This document shows positions 52,001 through 61,000 of a stretch of 64,000 bases of DNA, one piece after another; position 1 is the stretch's first letter; each line of letters begins with the position of its first letter. Under the pieces are notes generated by a model, which worked only from the letters and a program-made list of their open reading frames with translations, was not told the origin of the DNA and did no database searches. Made by a program: the position numbers and the translations under genes. The stretch is from the NCBI GenBank assembly GCA_043814605.1, contig JBDRJV010000016.1, positions 16,218-80,217 of the forward strand, read 5' to 3'. The stretch is from Candidatus Omnitrophota bacterium. Its GTDB lineage: Bacteria; Omnitrophota; Gorgyraeia; B26-G9.

Positions 52001-55000
52001 CATAGATGAAACAAACACAATTATAATAAATGTTGATAAGCAAAATAATGAATCTTATTACAAGGGAGGAGAAGTAGTTTTAAGTGAAAACGGGTTAGTG
52101 TATAAACCCGGAGATAAACTTGAGATCACTGGTTTAGACAAAGGCAATACTTATGATCCAGGTCAGGGTCAATATACAGGAGCTTATGTTTCTACAGGTA
52201 ATGTAAAAATAATAAATGATGGAACTTACAATGTTAATCAAAATTATGTTACCAGTGAGAATCAAAATAGCCAAATCATATTCACGCTTACTAATGCTAA
52301 TGATCAAAAAATAGATTGTTTAATGAGTTTAAATCAGCCTATAGGAGAAGCAAAGGCTGGCCAGCAGCAACAATATACATTTAATTTTGCTAAAGAACAT
52401 GAAGGGTTGTCTTTAAATAGTGCATCTGGCAGAAAATACACCATTACACTGGATGAATCTAAATATATTCCTTTAAGTCAATCAGTGGCTTGTACAGGTC
52501 AGATTGAAACAGTAGAAATTAATGGGAATTCAAGATTAACAATCAATCAACAGGGTAATGAAGTTACAGCGGATAAGATTATTTTAACAGGTTCTAAAAG
52601 TACAATTGATGCTGGAGCGCAGATTGGCAAACAGACTGAAGATAAAGTAGAAATTATTGCCGGTGATTTGCATATTGATGCTTCGGATAAGCGTTTTGTT
52701 GGTACGGATACAGTGGCTACTTCTAAAATTGACCCTTCTCTTCAAGATAAAAAAGATCAAGAAACCCCAAAGACAATCACTTTTTCTAAAGATAATAAAC
52801 AAGCAACTATTCATTACACGGGTAATTGTGAATATTACTTAACCGGTGATGTTAGTTTTAATAAAGAAGGTCTTTATCTGGATAATGGAACTATATTTAA
52901 GGTTGCTGGTTCTGAAAATATTACTGGCTTTAATAATGCCGTAACAGTTTGTGATACAAAAGTCATTGAGGGGAAATTTCTCATTAATAATAATACTTTA
53001 GTTGCCCTTGATTCAAGTTGTCTTACCGTTGATGACCGGGCGCAAAGCGTTAATGGAAGTGAGAATTTATTTACGGTTAGTTATAAAGTAGAACTTACGG
53101 AGAAAGAAGGGATTTCTACTGTAAAAAGCATTGAAAAAAATTATATGTTTAATCGGGAGAACATTAATAGCCAAATTATATTTGATCAGGATTTAGGTAT
53201 AATCGGTAAAGTTGTAGAGAATAAAAAGGGAGAAATTTCCCTAAGTATTAATACTGCTGGGGGTAAAGAAGTATTAACAAATAAATATGTGGATGTATCA
53301 GTAAAGGAAACAACCCATGGTACAGGCAAGATTGTTACTTTAACAGATTCTAAAAATAGCATTATTGCTACAGCTGGTAAGATCCAGACAAGTGATGGGA
53401 AAAATCTTACTATGTGGAGTACTCAAAACGCTACCACTTATTTGCTTGAGGGTAAATCTCTAGCCCAGGGGCAGCAAATTTCTATTGGCAAATTTGACTA
53501 TACTGCAGGAAAAGATTTAGCTCCGATGCGTATTGAAACCATGAGTTTTACAACAAAAAATAGCACAGCTTTTAATTTTCAAGGAAACAAACTAAATCTT
53601 TCCGGCAATGTGAATTTGCACATCAATGCTTTTGAGCAGCAGCTGGGCATATCGGGTACAGATAAGCGCGGTAAATTAACGGGTATTGAGTTTACAAAAG
53701 CCAACAATGAGCAGTTTCTTTTAGTTAATGGCGCCCAGGCCCAGATAGTTAAAATAGATGAAAATAAATATGAATTGATTGTGACCAGCGGAACAGCCTA
53801 TGCGATTACGGATAATACTATTGGCAAGAAGACTGATTTTAAAACAGATAAACAACTCGGAAAAGATGGAGGCAAAACTACTGGTTTAAATGAAATTGTA
53901 ATAATCGATAAACCAAATGGCGATATTGCGATTGAAAAAGGGTCTCAATATACGGTTGCTCGTAATAATGAAACCGGACAGACAGAGGTTGTATTTAAAG
54001 AAAACGATAAGATTATTAATAATAGTAAACAAAAGATTACAATTAATGGGTTTACAGTGGCAGAGGGGAAAACCGCAGCCATAAAATTTGATCATGTTTA
54101 TATCCAAGGCAATACTTACAGTTTTCAAGGCAAGGATTACACCTTAACTAATTTTAATGACTTTGATTTAATCTGGACAGATACCCGCAATATCCAGGGC
54201 ACAATATCTGAAGCTAATTTACACGCAGATAAAAATGCAGTTAACTTTATTTTTAAAACTGATAAAGCAACTTATGAAGTAAAAAGCGGTAAAGAAGTTG
54301 GGTTAAAAGGTAATGCTTATTATCATATTAATGACATTGATGTTTGGGCTACTGGGATTGAAGATAAGTTTATTAAAGATGAAAACGGCAATACAGGCTG
54401 GAAGTTTGAAAAATTAGTGAACGGATCTACGTATAAAACAAAAGTTAACGGTGTTGAGGTTGTATTTATTGTTAAAGACAATAAATTAATGGCCAGTAAC
54501 GGTAGAGAAATTGGCCCGCAAAATTTAGGAAAGAATAAAAATTATAAAGATTCTGAAGGTATTACACATGATGATGTAGATATTTATGTTACTCAGGCAC
54601 TGGCTAACGGCCAGTTTGTTTTGGGTACAGACAAGCAGGGTGCAAACGCTTGGGGTCAGGTTCAAGCAGGAGTTAGTGAAGGGGTGTCTGATCTGACAAT
54701 TCAAGGCAATACTCATGCGAGTATTACTTCTGAGCAGGTAACCAGAAAAGACGGTACGCAGCAAACCGTGAATATTTATAGTACAGCTGCTGACGGGAAT
54801 TTCAAGATAGTATTTACTGCAGATAAAGACCTGAATAATACGGTTATTAAAGATAATCTCAAGGGAAGCCATTTAGATGTTTTGGGAGAAGCAGTGATAA
54901 ACGGAAAAACAGTTCTTGACGGTGCAGCAATAGATTATGTTGAGAAAAACGGTAATATTGTGCCTGAATTTTCTCAAGGTTCAAGAATATTAGAACATGA

Positions 55001-58000
55001 TTTTGGCTCAGGCCAGCAGATAATCAGTGTTTACCAGGGTAAAGATATTAAAGGCAATGATTTGGGCTGGAAATGGCATGCGGATAGTTCTCTGGTAGAT
55101 AAAGAATGGAATAATAATATTTATATTGATGGTAAAGCTAACCCAGTAACCTGTAAATTATCTGCTACAGAAACAGGGTTTGAAGTATTGATAAAAAATG
55201 GACAAGGGGTAAATTTAGGAAGGTCTGAAAATTTTGTAGATTCTCAAGGCATAAAACATAAAGATGTGGATATTTGGGTTACCCAGAAACTGCCTAATGG
55301 CGAATATGTATTTATGGTAAAAGATAAGGGGAAAAATGACTGGCAGCAGGAGCAATTAGATTTAAAAGGCGGTTCTCAGGAATCCATACATGGATCAACT
55401 TATGCAAAAGTTACTGATCAGGAAATTAACGGAAAAACAATCCGTAATTATTCAGAAAAATCTAATGGTCAATTCCAGTTAATATTTACGGCAGATAATC
55501 AGCTTAAGAACATGGGCATAAAAGATAATTTAGATGGCAGCAGCTTAGAAGTTGTTAATGCAAAAATCGGGGATAAATTTATTGTTAAAGGAGGGGTAAA
55601 TTTTATCCGGGATAAGCAGGGCAATGTCCAGGCGAATTTTGATAATGGCACTGTATTTCTTAATGCAGACGGCACACAAGGGGTTGTTACCGAAGGGGAG
55701 ATTCCTGCGCCAAAGGCTCCGGAAAAGAGTTATCTTGATAACTTACAAGAGAGATTTGGCCCGGAGGTAAAAGGAGCATCTTTAAAATCAGATAGCTGGC
55801 AGCAAATTAATAGTGAGAAAACCGGGCTCTTTGGTGAATACAAGTATGATTCTAAAACCGATACTTACACATTTAAAGGAACATATATTGTTTCTGAAAG
55901 CATTGAGATTTGGCAGGCAGAGTTGAATTTTACTAGTGATTTTCAGATGAAATCTGCTTCCGGCAGGGTTTTTGCCAATGTGGAGAATGCAAAGATAAAT
56001 ATTGCAGGAGATAATTTTGTGATTAAGACTGATCAAGCTGTCTCCGGTATGATTGAAATAGGTAAATATACTAACCAAGGAACAATTATCCTGGATCCAT
56101 ATTCTGATTTGCAGCTTTATAACCAGGTTAAAAATAATCAGGTTTTTATTTTTGGCAATGAGCAGGGTAAAAATGCAGAGTTTTTTATTAATAAGGAAAA
56201 GAATTTAGTTTTATGGAACGGCGTTATCGATGAAAGTAACGGGAGCTTTAGCTATTCCAGTACTGATCAGACCCAAACTAAAACTAAAACACAAGAACAA
56301 AAACCCCAGCAGCAGCAAAAACAAATACAGACTGGAGTAATTACTGATATTAAAATTTCCGGGAATGAAAAAAATGGCTATAACTATTCCGGAATTGTGG
56401 AAGTAAGGCAAGGGGAAAAGCAGATTTTAAATTGTGAAGGTGCAAGATTAATCGTAGAAAAAAGCGGATTCCAGTTTGGCAATATTGATTATGATTATAA
56501 TTCTTTATTAATCGGGGATAAAAGCGGTAATTTAGTGGCTCAGGACGGCTCAAGCGGAACAAAGCATCTTAGTTTTGAGGGATCTGATAAAAAGGTAGAT
56601 GTTAATTTTACTATGGCAAACGGCGGAATGAATATTACAAACATCAGCGGAGATACACACATAGATTCACAAGTAAAGACAGACTGTGGGGAAATTTCTT
56701 ATGAATATGATTTAGTTGTAGTAAAAAATCAGCTGATCAGTATAAATCATACGACTTCCTGGATTGAGAATAATCAGGAACCTGTAATTATTAATGAAAA
56801 AAATGCAAAAACAGTAACTTTTGAAGATCAGGGCAGGGATTACAGTTTTGAAAAAAAAGGCGATATCTATGTGCCTTATGCAGAGGTTAAGACGACTAAC
56901 TCAATTAATAGTTTGGTATTGGGAAAAGATGCTGAATCCTCTATAACGATACAACTTACTCCGACAAAAGAATTAACTTGTGTGTATGATTTACAGGGCA
57001 ACTATACTACCAAAGCTGGGCAAGATACGCTTGAAGGCCAAAAAGGCACTGTATTTAATTATGTGTATAACAATGAAACAAAAGAAGTGTTTGTCCCTGA
57101 TGGAACCATTTTTACTGCAGACGTAGAGAATTCAGGGGTTGTGATTACCGGAAAATTAAATATATTAAAAGAGGGTCATTTTAATCTTAATATTGGAAAA
57201 GACCAAGTTCACATTATGCCAAGCTTAGGAGGTACTGATAAAACCACAACTGATGATCGGGCAAACAAGATCAAGGTGAATGTCGATGTGCAGAATATGC
57301 TTTATGCAGAAGAGGGCTGGATAAGTTTGTATCAGGGTAATTTTTTGCCTGGGGAAAATGATTGTTTAGTGAATAATAGCGCAAGTTCAATTACGCTGCT
57401 TACTCCGGGACAAGACAGTAAACCCGTAGTGGTTAAAACAGGACAAGAAGCAATAATTAAAAATAACCAGGCCTATATTATTGGTAGTCAGGTTACCGCA
57501 GAAAAAAATTATATAGATAAAAACAATAGAATTTGGGTTGAGGGAACCTATGATATTTCCGCAGAAGGTAAATTTGTAGTAGTTGATGGTTATTTTATGC
57601 AGCAGGATTATCAAGCTAAAGATGGAACGATGTTCAGATTAAAAGATGATCAGTTTTTAACTGGCTACTCAGATAATACCGGACAAATTTGTTATGATCA
57701 GGGGCAAGATGTTGTCGCTTCTAATGTGTTAACGGATCAGCAGAATAATCAGCTTTCTTTGTTTACTAATTTAAAAACAGACCAAGATGGCATGCTTACT
57801 GAGCAGAATTATTATAAATTAGATAATCAGCTGCTTGAAACAGGTCAAAAATTCATTTTTGATGAAAAGCCCTATGTTATGCAAGAGCATAATGGGGAAG
57901 TTATGCCTTTATTTAAATCAAATAAGAATTTTACTAATGATAACCCGTTAATTTATTATAAAAATGGAAATAAAATTGAATTAGTCGGAGAAACTACTTT

Positions 58001-61000
58001 ATTGTATAACATTAAAGACCAGATGGTTGGTATCGAAGGCCAAACGCTGATAAAAGGAGAAAATGGTAAGATTAGCGGTACCTTATTTACAACAAATGAT
58101 GATTCTCAGAGCCAGTTTATAATTGAAAATAATAATAAGGTTACGCTGAAAGATGGCCAGCTGAATATTGGTTTTGCGCACCTTTATGCTGTAGATAATT
58201 ATAATACTTATCAAAAAGAAACCCTAGATTTAATTTCTAATGCAAGCTTAGGAAACTTAAAATCCGATACCAAAGAAAATCATATCTATTTAACCAGTGA
58301 TGCCGACAAAAATATCATCATAGAAAAAGGCAGTAAATTTACCGTACAAGATAACAACTTTGTAATTACTAATAATGATGTAATTTATACCGATAAAAAT
58401 TTATGGGTTACAATTTTAGTCGGATCAGGCGCAGCACAAGAAAAAATAGATCTCGGCCCTAATTCCGGAGGAATGGTCAAGGACGGGAAATTTTATGAAG
58501 CCGGAGATAGATTTGCGACAAATAACAAAAATATTCAAGGCAAAGTCGCGATTAATGCTACAACAAACAAGATTGAACTTGTTTACGAGGTGGTGGGGGT
58601 AGAAAATTCAGGAGATATCAAAGGAAACGGTAAAATCTTAAAGATGAATGATGATTATGTGATCAGTATCCAAAAAACTGATGAGGGCGATACAGAAAAA
58701 CGTTTATATGAGGTGGTCACTTCTCCTAATGGGCAAAAAAGCTTAAAGCAAGTTGATCAGATTTCTGTCCAGCAAGAATATAGTGTTGATTTTGGGCAAC
58801 GGACTTTAATCGAAAGCACTACCGTCAGTGTAGATGAAAAAGATATTGAGATAGAGACTGATTATAAGCTGATGGGGCATAAGCTAGCAGTAGGAGAAAG
58901 TGTAGATGTTCGCGCAATAAGTTTTCAGCAAGATCAAGATCCAGAATTTATTTATAATGGGCGTAAATATGTACTTACAAAGTTAGAAAATGGAAAGTTT
59001 ACTCCGGAAAGTTATGATGTATATGAAGCAAACAGTGAATTTATTCAGGGGCTGGTAGTTTTAGATAGTAAGGGAAGACAAGGCCAGATCGATCCTGAGA
59101 GGAATAAAAAAGTTACTGTAATGTTTAATCTTCAGGGAGAGGCCGTGGCTTTAATCGGAGATGGTTTTACCAGAGATGAAAGAGGAGAAAAATATTACGG
59201 TGTTGTTCTCACTGCAGAACATGGGGATCTATTAATTAAAAATGGGAAAAATTCGATTAGTATTAAAGATAATACGCTGACACTTATCCAGGCAGATGCG
59301 ATTACGATGACGCTTTGGGATAGCGGCCGGGAAATAACCCAGGTAAAGGATTCAGATCCGGGTTTAGGCAAGAGTGAGGCTCCTAAAGAAAACAAGATTT
59401 CTGTTACTAAAAGTCAAGGGATTGTTTTTGTTAATTTAAAACAAAACATTACGCTTTTTAATAATGATTGGTTTTTAACAGCGGGAGATGTTCTGGTGAA
59501 TAATTCTCCACAAGCTGAGCAAATACATATTTTATCAGCTGATGGGCGGACAATGTACAGTGTGGAACACGGACAAGAAGCAGCTGTAGAAAATGGAGGT
59601 ATTAAGTTAACCAAAGGTATCAATGCAATTGATTTGAATAACGCGAATATTGTTCAATTAGATAAAAACGGACAGCCCACAAAAACGATCACTAATCCCG
59701 GAGAAGATACTAGCTGGGTAAATGGTAATTATTTGGTTGCCACCAAAGGGGAGAATGGAAATTTTGAATTTACATCTGCGACAGGAGAGAAGTTAGGCTG
59801 GAACATGGCTAGTTTATATAATGTTCAAGCAGATAAAAATATTGTGGAAGTATCTTATCTTGGGAAAAAGATTTCATTAGATTCAACACAGTTTACTAAT
59901 GAGAATGACGGCGAGAGTTTTGGCTCTAGTTACTGGGCTAATGAATATGGGGTTAATGATACAGTATTATTAGAGCAAAGTGATTCATTCTCAACTTCTT
60001 TAAATACATTTTGGCAAACAAATAAAGCAGCAATTGGTGAAGCTGCTTTAGTAATCGGTATAGGTTTAGCAGCAGCAGCGGCTATAGTTGTTTTGCCAGC
60101 ATCTGTTTATATTACTGCGGCTACTTATGGTTCGGTTTTAGGTGTAATGGCTTTAACGGTATCTCTCAGCACCGATAGTTACATGGAATTAGGTAATATC
60201 TTAGCTAATGCTGAGGATACAAATAGTACTGAGAATCTATTCTGGGGCCGCGTTCTTTTTGAGACGGCATCAGCTTTTAGAACAGTGGCAGGGAATTTGG
60301 GAGTGGGGGGTCAGGTACACGGGGAAAGCAATATAGAAACGCCGATTATTGGAGGAGTTAATGCCGGCCATGTTATCGCAGCTGCTACAATTATATGCAT
60401 GGTATACACTGCCGGAGGGCTTGGATTTATAAAGGCATTAAAAGGGCCTTTAGTTTCTCTTTCCAATATTAATCTTGGATTAGTAGGAGAACAAATGTTT
60501 ACCTTAGGAAAAAATTTAATAGGGAAAGGTTTGAACGGAAAAGAAACTTTGGTTAAATCTTGGACTGGCTTGTTAAAATCTTTTGGGGCGATAAAGGGTT
60601 TGCATGTGGGTTTGTGGACAGCAGGGCATATGGCTAATATGCTGCCTGATCATAATCCAGCCTCAGAGTTATATCAATTAGTGCTTTCTCCATTTGCAAT
60701 GGGTGCAGAGTTTACACCAGAGGGATTATGGACAACTGTAAAAGGAGGAGAAAATTGGGATGATATAATCATGACTAACCTACACTTAGCGGGGTTTGCC
60801 GGGCTGATGTATTTTAGTGGGCCGATTCTAGAGTTATTGGCAAGTTCTAGAATTGGTAATTTTAGCGGTCAGTTTTTAGAGGTTTCATTTGGCGAAGGTG
60901 CTGCGGCAAGACTTTCAAGCAGAATGATAAACGGGTTAATTGAAGAAGGCGTCAAAGAGCAGGCATTAGGGGTAATTTTACGTCCTATTTTTGGCAATCA

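Noticed and set aside
50100-59950. RHS/YD or RTX toxin assignment for the giant protein
   Set aside because: No YD-repeat periodicity, DPxG cleavage motif or GGxGxD nonapeptides were recognised in the parts translated.
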